From the NCBI RefSeq assembly GCF_009914755.1, contig NC_060929.1: 64,000 bases of DNA; one strand, given 5' to 3'. The stretch's first letter is position 1. The number at the start of each line of letters is the position of its first letter. Position numbers and translations under genes: made by a program. This document shows, piece by piece, positions 46,347 through 58,814 of this stretch. This stretch comes from the human T2T-CHM13v2.0 reference genome, Homo sapiens. The notes under the pieces were generated by a model. It searched no databases, was not told the origin of the DNA, and saw nothing but the letters and a program-made list of their open reading frames with translations.

Positions 46347-47494
46347 GACATGAAGAGACATTTCACCAAAGAAGGTATACAGATGGCAAATAAACACACG
46401 AAACAATGTTCAGCATCATTAGCCATCTAAGAAATGCAAATTAAAAGCATAATGAGATATTACTATGTACTGATCAGAATGGCTAAAATTAAAAATGCTA
46501 ACAATATGAAATGCTGGTGAGGGTGCAGTGAAACTGGATAAATCTTATATTGCTGTCAGAATTGTAAAATGACGCTACCACTTTGGAAATCAGTTTGGCA
46601 ATTTCTAAAACTAAACATACAACTACTATACGATCCAGGAATCACACTCCTGGGCATTTATCCCAGAGATATTAAAACTTTTGTTTACACAAACATCTGT
46701 AGATGATTATTTATAGCTGCTTTGTTTATAATAGTCAAAAACTGGAACCAACCCAGATATTCTTCAGTGGGTGAATGGTTGAACACACTGTGGCAGATCC
46801 ACACCACAGAAAGCTGCTCAGTAATCAAAAGAACCACCTATGATATACACAACAACCTGGATGAATCTCAAGATAATTTTGCTGAGTGAAAAAAGTCAAT
46901 CCTAAAATATTTCATACTGTATGATCCAATTTATTTGACATCTTTGGAATAACAAAATTTCTAAATGGAGAACAGTTTAGTGATTGCCAAGGGTTAATGG
47001 ATAGTGAGGGTAGGAAGAGAGTGGGCACGGCTATGAAAGAGTGACAGGAGGGATCGCCTGGTGATGGAATATTAGTAACTTGACTGTACATTTCCATATC
47101 CTAGTTCTGATATAGTATTATAATTTTGCAAGATGTTACCATTCGAGAAACTAGTTAAAGGGTACATGGGATCTCTCTGTACTGTTTCTTACAAGTGAAT
47201 GTGAATCTACAATTATCTCAGAATAGAAAGTTTCACTAAAAATAATAATCTAATTGTTTGCAGCATTGCTTGTATTTGGGGTGGTGGGGGGACCTGGAAA
47301 CAGCCTAAATGTCCATCAGCACAGGAATAGTTGACTATAATGTTAGTTTCATAAAATGGAACGTTGTGCAGAGCCAAAGAAAAAAAGCATCTTTGATTTG
47401 AAAATCTATGTTGCAGAACTCTTTATGCAGCATGATACCATTTCTACCAAAATGCACACACAGTGTGGCTCTTGTGTAAATGCCTACACCACGT

Positions 47495-47733
47495 GTTCCC
47501 AGTGATGGAGAGACGGCCTCCAAGAGGTCGAAAATCGATTCTTGAGGGGCTAAATAATCTTATCTTTCTTGTGTCTAAAGCGCAGATATACATAGAGTAC
47601 ACCAGCATATATGCGATTTATCTGTAACATTACTACACTTATGGTGGGGGAGGATTAGGGGAAAAATATCTTTAAAAGCTCCTTAGGAGAGGGATAGTGG
47701 GGGGAAAAAAACCAGAAAGGTTAAGAACCCCTG
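47495..47733 (-). mobile_element. MER112-like hAT-Charlie MITE
   Basis: GCAGATATACATAGAGTACA...GATTAGGGGAAAAAT...AAAAGCTCCTTAGG...AAAGGTTAAGAACCCCTG. Confidence 0.65.
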
Positions 47734-47741
47734 GCCTATCC

Positions 47742-47953
47742 CAGAATTCCTCAACTTCAGCATTGTGGGTATTTTGGGCTAGAAAATTATTCACGGCAGG
47801 GGCTGTCCGGTGCACTGTAGGATGTTTAGCAGCATCCTTAGCCTCTACCGTAGATGCCAGTGGCACCAACCCTCAGCTGTGATGATCAAATATGTCTCCA
47901 AGGCACTGCCAAATGTCCCTGGAGGGCACGGTGGCCCCCGGTTGAGAACTACT
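47742..47953 (-). mobile_element. MER20 hAT-Charlie MITE
   Basis: TGTAGGATGTTTAGCAGCATCC...TAGATGCCAGT...GCCAAATGTCCCTGG...CCCCCGGTTGAGAAC. Confidence 0.88.
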
Positions 47954-48509
47954 AGACAGATGACTGGAAATCATTCAACAAACCCCAGCCACGGGGCATC
48001 AGGAGTGATGGATCCATTGTGTTTTCATTTTTGACAGGGAGAATATATTCAGGGCTTACTTGTGTCATTAAAAATTAATTTTTCAAAAATGGCTCTCACT
48101 GGGAAATGCAGTCCTGGAGAGGAGAAGAGGCCCAGCCAAACCCTAAGGCTCCAAACTTTAATCCCAGCCCTGCCCCTGCTTGCTCTAGGACCACCAGCCA
48201 GCCTCCCTGCCATGGGCCTCTGTTTCCCCCTCTTGCACACACAGCCCACGCTGACACTTTCCACTACCCCTCCACAGTCTCTGCTTCTCTCCCACACCTC
48301 CATGCTCAGGCAGCTATCAGGAACGCTGTCTGCCTCTCCACCTCTCCAGGGCCTGGAAAACTCTGGCTCATGCCTGGACTCCAATGTCCTACCCTTCAGG
48401 AAGTCCTCGTTATCTCCCACCAGCGTGCAAGCAGCCCTGGCTGTGACCCCACAAGCTCTTGGGCATCCCTGTGCACAAACGTGCACCCTGCCCACTGGTG
48501 TCTAGAGAC

Positions 48510-48915
48510 CATGGTGAATATTTGCCATTTATCGTCTTCCTCATCCACTCCTCTCCACCCGGCTCTCAGCCAGACTCCTTTGCCCTCTGACCTCTGGTTG
48601 GCTAAATAAACGTTAGGCACCAGCGAAGGATCAGGGAGCAGGGAGGACAAGGAGGCAGGCATTTAGTCTCCTGCTTCCCCTCTTCCGGGCCCCCCTTTGG
48701 TAGTGCCTGGGTCCCTCTTCCTCTGGCCACAGCTCTTGCAGGGTTTCAGCAGCTGCTCCTTCTTCTGGTCCCTTGAGACCTAGGGTAGTAACATCTTCCT
48801 GTATGCACATTCATCTCCTTAGTTCCTTGACCTGGTCTACATCTTGTAAATGCTCCCTTCACTTAATCCTGATACCCTTCTTGAAGAGTTCCCAACAGGG
48901 TCCTGATCTGATCCA
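48510..48915 (+). mobile_element. LTR16-like ERVL LTR
   Basis: CTCCTTTGCCCTCTGACCTCTGGTTGG...CCTAGGGTAGTAAC...TTGTAAATGCTCCCTTCAC. Confidence 0.55.
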
Positions 48916-49209
48916 CATGTCCCAACTCAAACGCAAGCAACTTGAGCAAACGTGCGTACGAGAGCTGCATGTTGCTGTTTTGTTCTGTTTTGAATCTCAG
49001 CAACCCCAGGGGCCAACATGGATGGGACCCAGAACATGGGCAGAGCTCAACAAATAAGCAGATGAATGAATAAAGAATAGATGGATGGGTGGATGGATTG
49101 GTGGAGGGATGCACAGACCCTGCTTTTGCAAACATGAATAACAGCTGAAATCCCTTGAGTGCTCACTGCTTATTGGGCACAATGCCAAGTCCTTTATATA
49201 TATATTCAC

Positions 49210-50187
49210 AGTAAAGGTAAAAAACAAACTGTTTTTTTCCGTCTACTCAAACTCAATACAACACTCAGCACAGAAACACTTCGCCTCTAGTCACCAAAAG
49301 GTGTGTGAGTTTTCTTCCCACTGACATGTAATTCTCCAGCAGACACTGACTGGCTGTCCTACAATTTAACTCATTTCTAACACTAACTACCTGGAATTAG
49401 TGTCAGATTCTGCAGGATGAGGGCTCAGTCCCATGAGACTGCCCCTACCTTCAGACATCAATCAAAAGTAGTAAGTTGTCATCTATACTTCTGACCAACT
49501 GGCTATAAATCAAAGTTCCCACAACCCCCTCCCTGGGTTCAATTAATAAATCAAGGTTCCCTCAACCCCCTCCTTGGGTTCAATTAATTTGCCAGGGCAG
49601 CTTGCAGAACTCAAGGAAACACTTTATATACATTGGCCCATTTATCATAAAGGGTATTAGAAAGGTTACAGCTGAACAGCCAGATGGAAGAGATGCATGG
49701 GGCAAGGTATGGAAGGGGTGCGAGGCTTCCATGCCCTCTCCACCATGCCACCCTCCTGGCACCTCTGCATTGTACAAGCAGCAATCCAGAGGCTCTCTGA
49801 ACCTTGTCCTTTGAAGTTTTTATGGAAGCTTCTTGACATAGGCATGGCTGATTAAATCATTGGCCATTGGTGATCGATTCAGCTTTCAGTTCCCCTCTCC
49901 TCCTTAGAGGTCAAAGGTGAGGCTGAAAGTTCCCACCCTCTACTGACAGCGTTGGTTCCCTGGAAACCAGCCCTCATCCTGAGGCTGTCCAGGAGCCCAC
50001 CAAGAGTTGCCTCAATAGAACAAAAGATGCTCCTATTACCCAGAAAATTCCAAGGGATTAGGAGCTCTGTGTCAGGAACTGGGATCAAAGACCAAATATC
50101 AGAACCAAAGATCCTCCTATCACCCCTGTCCACGAGGATTTCAGGAGCTCTATGTCAGGAATAGGGGGGCAGAGACACAATATCACT
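49210..50187 (-). mobile_element. MER21-family LTR inserted into a MIR, TSD TTCAC
   Basis: AGGGCTCAGTCCCATGAGACTGCCCC, CAGAACTCAAGGAAACAC, AACAAAAGATGCTCCTATTACCCAG; TTCAC at 49205-49209 and 50188-50192. Confidence 0.82.
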
Positions 50188-50379
50188 TTCACCCAATCTT
50201 CATAACCAGTCTGAAGCAGGAGTATTATCATGAAAAAAGAGACACTCATAATGGTTAGGTCACTTGCTCCAGGACACAGTTAGGAAGTGACAAGGCCAGG
50301 ACTCATCAGTACCACTGGCCTCCAGAGTTTGCAGTTCTGATAACACAAAGATGTGGCTAAATGACTCCAGGACCCCACG

Positions 50380-51360
50380 GTCCAGCTCCGCCAGCAGGGG
50401 TTCCCTCCCGGGCCTCTCCTCTCCCAAGGGCCTATCCATGCCCTCTAGGCCCTGCGTGGACTTAGTCCTGGTCACAGTGGGCACAGCTTCGGCACACTTC
50501 CCTCCGAGGCCACACCCCACCCCGCCCCTCCACCCTAGAATCGGAGGACGCTGGGGTTGCAAGTGGGAGGCCCAGGGAGGCGCCAAGCCCCTCCCGCTCC
50601 AAGCCGACGCGCCCTGTTTTATGCCTTGAGTAGGCGGGAGCCTTGCAGGTCTGTGGGTTTCTTTCTCAAAGGAAAATTGCTGGGCTCGTGAGGAACAGCC
50701 TCGGGCACTTGCTCTACTTGGAAAGGGTGAAGAGCGCGGGCTTTGGAACCCTAGGCGCGCCCGCAATCCCAGCTCTGGGTGTGGCGCGGGACACCTCCTG
50801 CTGAGGGCTGGTAAACCCAGACTTCTCTGCGTCCTTGCTGCACGCGAGGAGCAAATGGAACAGCACAAGCTGCCCGCAGCCCGCACCATCGCTCCCTCGT
50901 GAGACCTGGTTCACCTTCTCGCAGTTTCCCAAACACTCCTGCAGATCCATGTGATTTGCCCATCTCTGTGAGGATTGCCAGTCTTTCTTCCCATTTGGCA
51001 AATTAGGAAATCGAAGCCCTTCAGAGCCCTGTCGAGGTCATGCGCGGCAGGGCAGAGGCAGAGCTGGGTCGAAACCCGGGCAGTCTCCGCCGCTCCCGGC
51101 CCCGCTTCCCCCGCGCCGTGGGCTCCGCGGGGTGGCTTTGTTGGGGCAGCAGCAGGCAGGATTTATTTCCGGCGTTGTTTATGCGCAGCACGTCTGGAAC
51201 AGGGCCCTTGGTGATTAAAACGCCTCGGGACAGAAAAGCCGAACTGAAACATTGGTGAAAATACAAAAAGGAAAACAAAACAGCGGCATCGACAGGGACA
51301 TCTCCAGGCGGACGCGCAGGAGCGCCGCTAAGGACAGCACCTGGTCCCGAGGCTTGGGGG
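50380..51360. promoter_or_regulatory. CpG island / candidate promoter or enhancer
   Basis: High GC and dense CpG outside young repeats (GGCGCGCCCGC, CCGCGCCG, GGCTCCGCGG); GC box 50520-50528; ETS ATTTCCGG 51165-51172. Confidence 0.75.
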
Positions 51361-51469
51361 TAGCTGCTTCACCTTGGGCCTGACCACCTCCTGGATTCCA
51401 GTCACCCTGGGACCAAGCCAATCATCATCATTATTAACAGCAGCAGCAGCATCCCTTGCCATTTGGGGG

Positions 51470-51930
51470 TCAGGCACACCTGGCTTACACCCCAGGTCTG
51501 CCAGTTCTGGCTGTGTGACCTTGGACAGGTGAATTAACCTCTCTGAGCTGCAGCGTACTGGGCCCTGCTTCCCAGGGTCTTTGGCGAATATGTGGAATGA
51601 CGCATGGGAAGCTACAGGCTAAAGGTCTGGCACATTGCAGCCGCAATAAACAATAGATGTCTGTTCTTTTACATTCTAAAAAGTCCTTTTATATACATTT
51701 TAGAGCAGAGCAAGCAGGCAGGCTCTGGAGCTGGCGGCGGCAATGCAGCTCAGCTCCTACTCTGTGTTACTAGAGAGAAAGCCATATAACCCTTTAAAGC
51801 CTGGATTTCCACATCTTCTATAATAAATGAGGTTAACAACCCCTACCTCCTATGGTTGTGTGAGGTTTTATTAGGAGGTTACACATAAGGGGCTTATCAT
51901 AGTACGTGTCACAGAACAAGCACTCTGCAA
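51470..51930 (+). mobile_element. Two MIR fragments
   Basis: GGCTGTGTGACCTTGGACAGGTGAATTAACCTCTCTGAGC; CCTACCTCCTATGGTTGTGTGAGG. Confidence 0.65.
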
Positions 51931-51955
51931 CCGTTATGAATAATTTTCACCCTCC

Positions 51956-52363
51956 TGAGACAGGAATAATACAGGGTAGTCGCAGGAAAATAGAAAATTT
52001 CAGGCACACACCCACCAGCATCTTGACAGTTCCAAGACCACCCATATTTAGTGTAAAAATGGGTGGCACCACAGTTCTGAGAAATCTCCACCTTTTTCCA
52101 GGAATCTTCAAGAATATTCCACCCCTTAGGCAAATATATCCATAAACGTAGCAGCCCCAAACCCCCTTGCTTGACTTTCTTTGAATACCCCTGCACTCCC
52201 CTTCCTTGAGCGTGTAGTTTTTGCTTTGCAGTAAATCTCCCTACTTTCACTATTTCCTGACTCATCCTTGAATTCCTTCTCCCGGTGGTGTCAAGAGCCT
52301 GGACTCTAGCCAGGGTTGAGGTCCCACCAGCATTTGGGGAGCTGGGCCAGCTCACCAGTATCA
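51956..52363 (+). mobile_element. MER66-family ERV1 solo LTR
   Basis: Starts TGAGACAGGAATAATACAGGGTAGTCGCAGGAAAATAGAAAATTTCAGGCA, ends ...ATCA; 4-bp flanks CTCC/TTCC. Confidence 0.75.
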
Positions 52364-52374
52364 TTCCCAACTTG

Positions 52375-52840
52375 TCTATTTTATAGTCAAGATAAGTGTC
52401 TTTGCCCCCATGTTATACATGGTGGAAGTAAGGCTCTGGGAGGCGCAGTGGCTTGACTAAGGTCACACTACCAGGAAAGGGCAGAACAGGAACTTCTGCA
52501 CTGGGCTCCCAGTTCTAAGTCAGCGCCCCTTCCGTTACAGGGGCCCCAAGGTTGTGCATTCAAAATGGCCTGGCAGCCTTGTCAGCTCTGCCCAACAGAA
52601 TGGACTGAAAGACACCCAGAGAAAAAGGCCCAGGCCACAGCTTCAGACTGATCTGGTTTCAAATCCTCTTCTAGCTGTGTGACGTTGGCCAGAATACTCA
52701 GCCTCTCTGGGCTTCAGTCTCTTATCTTTAACTCAGTGGGAGTTAGTCCTACTCCTCAGGGTCAATGTGAACAGGAAATGAGGATGGGTGTAGACATGCC
52801 CAGCATTGTGCCAAAAACCCAGCAGGTACTCAGGAAAGAT
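52375..52840. mobile_element. Two MIR fragments in opposite orientations
   Basis: GTGGCTTGACTAAGGTCACAC (minus); GGTTTCAAATCCTCTTCTAGCTGTGTGAC (plus). Confidence 0.6.
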
Positions 52841-53933
52841 TGTCTCCCTCCCCGGCCCCCATCAGTGCATCTGTTGTCATCTCTCTTGGGGCTTCTAGCT
52901 CCAGCTTCATTCCCAGCCAGAGGGACCTGAGTGACTGACAGGCCCTGACATTCCAGCTCACAGACCAGCTGCATCTCCACCAGCCTGCCTCAGTCTCCCA
53001 GGTATCTGCCACAGCAGCATCCTATCACCTGGGCTCCGAGAGCTAATGAGGCTCCGAGACCTAATGAGGCCACCAAGGGAGTAAGGACAGGCCCATCCAG
53101 ATGCTCCAGATCCTGCCTTTCTCTCTTCCCCCTTGTCCTTCTCTGTCCCCCATCCTTTTCCAAACTCTGCCTCCTTCACTCTCCTTCCCCTCAGCCTCCC
53201 TGAAACTTTCAAGGAAGCAGCCGATGGCCTCTGACAATGATCCAAAAATTACGACCAACGTCAAAAAAGTACAAGATGATTTATTCATGCTTCCAACTCT
53301 TAGCGCATTCTTATACTTATCAAGGGGCACTGCGAAGACAAAGTTGAACAAGACACAGTCCAGCCTTGGGGAATCTCAGAAAAAAATGATGCATCAGCAG
53401 AAATGTACAACCCAATGGGATGCACATATTAAATAAGAATTCTGACAGCTGCCATTTATTCAGCACTTTATATGTGTTCTGGCTTACGGTTGCAGCTCAG
53501 GTTCAGGGAGTTCACGGGTCTTATCAAAAGTCACACAGCCAGGAAGGGATAGTGTTGAGATTCAAACCCAAGTCTGTCTGATCTCAAAACTTGGGCTCCT
53601 TTTGTTTCATCAAGGCTTGCCTCTATTGGGAATATCCAAACATAGAGAAAAATAATAATTACCATGCAATGTGAAACCCGACATGAAAGTACAAACTACA
53701 GAGTGAATGATCTGGGGAAGGATTCTCATGAACTGGATATTAAAAGATGGTGGTCATATATGCATATATCCAAGTCTATGTCTATGCCTGTATTTCTACA
53801 TCTATGTATTTATGCCTACATGTCTGTCTATATCTACCTCTACAGCTATCTATAACCTGGTCACCCATCTCCCAGGATCCCTGAACAAAACTGTCACTCC
53901 ACTCTTCCCTCCGAATGATAATATAATTGAGTT

Positions 53934-54222
53934 GGCCAGGCACAAGGGCTCACACCAGTAATCTCAGGTCAAGGAGGGAGAATTGCTTGCATCCAGGAGG
54001 TCGAGACCAGCCTCAGCAGCATAGTGAGATCCTGTCTCTACAAAAAATGAAAAATTATCTGGGCATGGTGGCACAAGACTGTAGTCCCAGCTACTCAAGA
54101 GGCTGAGGTGGGAGGATCACATAAGCTGGGGAGTTGAGGCTGCATTGAGCCATAATCATACCACTGCACTCAGCATGGGTGACACTCCGTAGCCCCCAAA
54201 TATATATATATATATATATATA
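53934..54222 (+). mobile_element. AluJ with tail converted to (TA)n
   Basis: Diverged Alu dimer; TSD core ATTGAGTT on both sides. Confidence 0.85.
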
Positions 54223-55289
54223 TTGAGTTTACACAGTTGGGGTCCAGATTTGACTGGTAATCAAAAAAGTCCATTATAGTAGGAAATAATTTAATTAATG
54301 AACTACATACTGCTAAACATCTTACTTCAACTTAAAGTATATAAATATGCATGTATTGACATAATTTTAGATGAAGGCCTCTGAGGCCTCTCAGAATAGC
54401 TCTGTTGATCGGATTCTGCATTCCGGTTTTTCTATAAACCATAGCCATAATACAATTAACACTCATGCTTCAGGCATCATTAAAGTAGAACAGAAAATGT
54501 CATTTGAGTGCAGAATCATGGACAGTGTTTTTTTGTTTTTTTTTTTTTACCCTAACACTTTGCAGGTCTCTAACCCACACATATTTGTACAGATTTTTTT
54601 TTAGCAACTAACATTTATGGGGTCTTTTCAAATCATTCAAGTTAGTGCTCAAAGAAAACAGAACTTTTTTCTGATGTATTACAGACATTGAACTCACTAT
54701 TGTCGTTATGTTATTTAGTTAAACATGATGTAAACTGACAAAGTATGGGCACAAAAAAGAATGGTTGCCCCTGTGAACGCTAAACTGAATGCTTTAGAAG
54801 ACTGTACAGAGATGAATTGTTGCAGGGTAGCAAATACAACTGATTCCTGCTAAGCAGCAAGTTGACTGACGAAAACAGAAAAACATGGGTCATCTCAACG
54901 GGAGAGCAGTCTAATGGCCTTGGGGCTCCGCCTGCCACCAACATCAGGCAATAGGATTGCAGGTGAAAAGTCACTGATCCAGCAAGACAGTTAAGTGGAG
55001 GTCAAGTGGACAATTTCCACTGTATCTACTTTATATTTCTGATCCCAGCAACGTCCAGGTAGAGTGGAACCCTGTCCACACTCTGGCCCACTCCTCATCC
55101 CGCTTCTTGTTCTCCCAAGAGGAGGAATGCAGTTCTAACGAGCGAGATCCCACGACACTGAACACATGGTTTTTTTCTAGTGGAAAGGGTCAACCCTCCC
55201 TTCTTCACCTCACTCTTCACAACACTCACCTCTTGTCTTCTGCCTCATACTGGTAACAAAAAGTTATAAGGGCCTGTGCTTTGAGGGAG

Positions 55290-55790
55290 TGGCAAAATAA
55301 GAGGGTGTGGTAGATGAGGCTAGGGAAGGGGGCATGTCAGTCTACGGACATTGGACTAAGGCATTCAAACTTTACCCTATAGGCAATGAGGAATAACTGA
55401 GATCGAATCTGTGCGAAAGAAAGATCACTCATGCAATTGATGCGGACAATAAATCGGAGGAGAATGGAGGCAGGAAGGCCAGTGAGGAGCCTGCTGCATT
55501 CACCAGGGAAAGAGACGATGACGCCTAAACTGATACAGGAAGCTGAGGTGAGGATGGGGGTCCGCATAGCACCAGACCTAACAATGGGTTAGACATGAGG
55601 AATAAAAAGGAAAAAGTCTCCGAGAATGCCCAGGCTTCTGTCTTGGCTAACTGGCTTCAGCCAGTAAAATCAGGAAGACAGGAATGGGAGTGGGGTTGGA
55701 GTCAGAAAGATGAAGGCTTCTGCATTGGCCATTTAAGCTTGTGTTTCCTGTGAGCCATGCAGAAGGAGAAAGCCAGGAGCCGAAATACAT
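55290..55790 (-). mobile_element. L2 fragment
   Basis: AAAGATCACTC...GGAGGCAGGAAGGCCAGTGAGGAG...CAGGGAAAGAGACGATG. Confidence 0.6.
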
Positions 55791-55867
55791 TCAAACCTGG
55801 ACTGGAAGAAACAGCTCTTCTAGCTGCTTGAATCAAGTGAAAACTACCAACTGCCTTGAGGATTTCT

Positions 55868-56126
55868 CTTTTCTTAAGACAGGGTCTCTCTCTGTCTCCC
55901 AGGCTGGAGTGCAGTTGTATAATCATGGCTCACTGAATCCTCAGCTCAAGTAATTTTCCCACCTCAGCCTCCCAAGCAGCTGGAACTACAGGCATGCGCC
56001 ACCATGCCTGGCTGATTTTTTAATCTTTTTGTAGAGATGAGGTCCCACTTTGGTGCCTAGGCTAATCTTGAACTCCTGAGCTTAAGGGATCCTCCCTCCT
56101 TGGCCTTCCAAAGTGCTGGGATTAGA
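55868..56126 (-). mobile_element. 5'-truncated AluJ
   Basis: Antisense Alu; TSD TGAGGATTTCT / TGAGGACTTCT. Confidence 0.85.
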
Positions 56127-56179
56127 ACTGAGGACTTCTGATTGCTGTTGTTCCACTCAATACTTGGCAGCAGAACAGG

Positions 56180-56430
56180 TAGAGTGGAAAAAGCCATGCT
56201 TTTGAGGTCATCCAATTCTGGGTGGAAATTCCTAGTTCTGCAGATATGCATTATTTGTGGCTTTGGATATGTGATTTAATGTCCCTGTGCCTCTGTTTCT
56301 TCATCTATATATAAAACAAATAATGACACATTCTTCATAGGCTATAATGAGAATCAAATGCAGTCATAAATATAAAGCATCCAGCTAGTGTCTGACACAT
56401 AACAGGTGTTCTGCAAATGGTGCTAACTAG
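56180..56430 (+). mobile_element. MIR, near full length
   Basis: AGAGTGGAAAAAGCCATGCTTTTG...GTGCCTCTGTTTCTTCATCTAT...TGACACATAACAGGTGTTC. Confidence 0.75.
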
Positions 56431-57455
56431 TAGTTAGTAGTGGTATTTTATTTGTATTCTATAGAACGTCATCTATTAATTTATTAATTTTATAAAAATC
56501 AAATAATTGTATTTCTGGAGTGGAGAATCTGGTAATTCAAAGGGATCTGAAAAACAGATATTTGCTTATCTCAATTCAACAAGACTTTTCTGGGCTCCTC
56601 TGGGTGTGACAGGCCCTTGGAATTTAGAAGCCTCCAGGTTTTTCCATGCTTCCCCCTGCAAACACACACACACACATTTAAGCAAACAATCACCATCACC
56701 AAAGGGGGTTCCCTCCAATTGTGTAGGCGCTCTCAAGAGCTGAGTTAAACAGACATTCCACGCTGGGCCCTGGGCACATAAAGAGAAGCCGTGCCAAACC
56801 TTGGCTCTGGAGGCTTGGAGCCTAGTGCTGGGCATCAGTGAGTCTTGAATGAGCTTTTTCTCCAGAAACCAGTGTCCACCCCCGCCTTAGGCTCCCTGCC
56901 CAGAGCACAAGGCTGCCAGCCCATCTGTGTCCTTGAGAACATGCTGGGCTCCTGACCCAGGCAGCAGCTGGTCCACTACCTGCTGCCCCCGACCTGGCAC
57001 CTATCCAATTCTGAGACAGCACAGGGAGATAGAATCTGAGAGCTGGAAAGGAACATGGAACTCATCCAGGGCATGGAATGTGCAACTCACTGGGCCCAGA
57101 GCCAGAAAAGGGTTGGATTTTTATTGCGCTTGGCCCTTTACCAGCTGTGTGGGTTGAAGCAGTCACTTTTCACTCAGCCTCAGTTTTCTTATCTGTAAAA
57201 GGGGAATAATAAATGTCTACCTCATGGGATTATCGTAAGGATTGTAAATGACAGATACCCATCTAATGGCATGTTAAGCAAAAAACTAAACTAAACTAAA
57301 AATCAATGAAGTGGGTATTTATTGGTCCAAAGTGTTACTGAAAAGTTTAAGAGCAGATATAATTTCAGACACACCTGAAACTACATGTTCAAACATCATC
57401 AGAAATCTCTCTCTCTCTGTCTGTCTCAGTTGGCTCCATTTTCTTATAAGCCTTC

Positions 57456-57880
57456 GAATATTGTTTGGACATTTGCCCCCCACCACCCAATCTCATGTTG
57501 AAATTTGATTCCTAAAGTTTGAGGTGGGGCCTAGTGGCAGGTGTTTAGGTCATTAGGGTAGACCCCCATGAATGGCTCAGTGTCATCCCCATGATAATGA
57601 ATGAGTTCTTACTCTATTAATTCACATGAGAGCTTGGTGCTTAAAAGAGCCTGGCACCTTTCCCCTCTCTCTCTTGCTTCCTCCTCTCTCACCACGTGAC
57701 GTGCCTGCTCTCCCTTCATCTTCCACCATGATTAGAAGCTTCCCGAGGCCCTCATCAGAAGCAGATGCTGGTGCCATGCTTCTTGTACAGCCTGAAGAAC
57801 TGTGAGTCAAATAAACCTCTTTCTTTTAAATTACTCAGCCTCAGATATTCCTTTATAGCAACACAAAATGGACTAAGACA
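57456..57880 (+). mobile_element. MSTB-type solo LTR with TSD CCTTC, inside an old antisense MLT1 LTR (~57250-58230)
   Basis: GAAGCAGATGCTGGTGCCATGCTTCTTGTACAGCCTG...GGACTAAGACA; CCTTC at 57451-57455 and 57881-57885. Confidence 0.85.
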
Positions 57881-58282
57881 CCTTCCCTTCAGGGTGACAA
57901 ACTGGCCTCCAGCAGCACTAAGCTTTCTCTAATGGAGAAAGAGTGCTTCTCTCCCAATAGTCTTAAGACTGGCCCTCATTAGCTCTGATTGGATCACTTT
58001 TGGTTATATATTCACTCCTCCACTTATCACTGTGCCCAGGGAGATATCATATTACCCTTGGCCAACATTGGGTCATATGTCCATGTCTAGAATCCTGAGT
58101 TCCAAATTGGCTCTACTCTACCCAGATAATGGACTGATAGCGGAGAAAGGAGTATTCAAAGAAAATCAAGATGCTCTTATAGATTAAAGGGGGAACGGAT
58201 ACTGGGCATGGCAAGACAGCAGACATCATGTCAAGAAAGCAGACATCAATAAACATGTGTAGGGGTTAATTTTCAACCAATG

Positions 58283-58358
58283 CTATTATCTTCATCAATA
58301 TCATCATCATTATTATCATTGTTATAATAATTAACATCATTATCACCATCATCATCAC
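58283..58358. repeat. Degenerate (CAT/ATT)n low-complexity tract
   Basis: Direct read. Confidence 0.75.
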
Positions 58359-58814
58359 AGGCGAATAATACATTGTAACTGTATGTTCCTGTTATCTACT
58401 GCTTCCCATGCAGCCTCTTCTACATCCATTCTTTACCTAGAAGAGTAGTCTGTTGGCACTCAAGCAGGGTTTCTAAGAGCCTGAGGCTCCCCTTCTTGTC
58501 TTCCCCCTAAAACTGTCCAGCCCTGCATCCATCCTTTCTCTGTGTTCTGAGATGGATCTACTCCAGGCATGGTCTCTGCTCTCCCCAGCATCAGGCTCCA
58601 ACCTTTACTCTCCTCTTCTCCTCATAGCTGTGGCCTCCTGACCACCACTCTTTGCAGACCCAGTTCTGCTCCAATCATGGACAAAAGCAGGAGGGTTGAA
58701 AGAACACCAGCCCCATTCTCTAAGGCTCATCACACACTGTACCACACTTCTGGTCCCGAAATTGGAACCTTTTCTCATCACTAGAATGTATCCTTGGCCC
58801 TATATGGGTACCCA

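Noticed and set aside
48049-48662. Overlapping 147-167 aa ORFs
   Set aside because: Low-complexity Pro/Ser/Leu frames from C-rich L2/LTR-like sequence.
50260-50889. 209-aa minus-strand ORF in the CpG island
   Set aside because: Stop-poor GC-rich frame with Arg/Gly/Pro/Ser bias, overlapping MIR remnants; no family resemblance.
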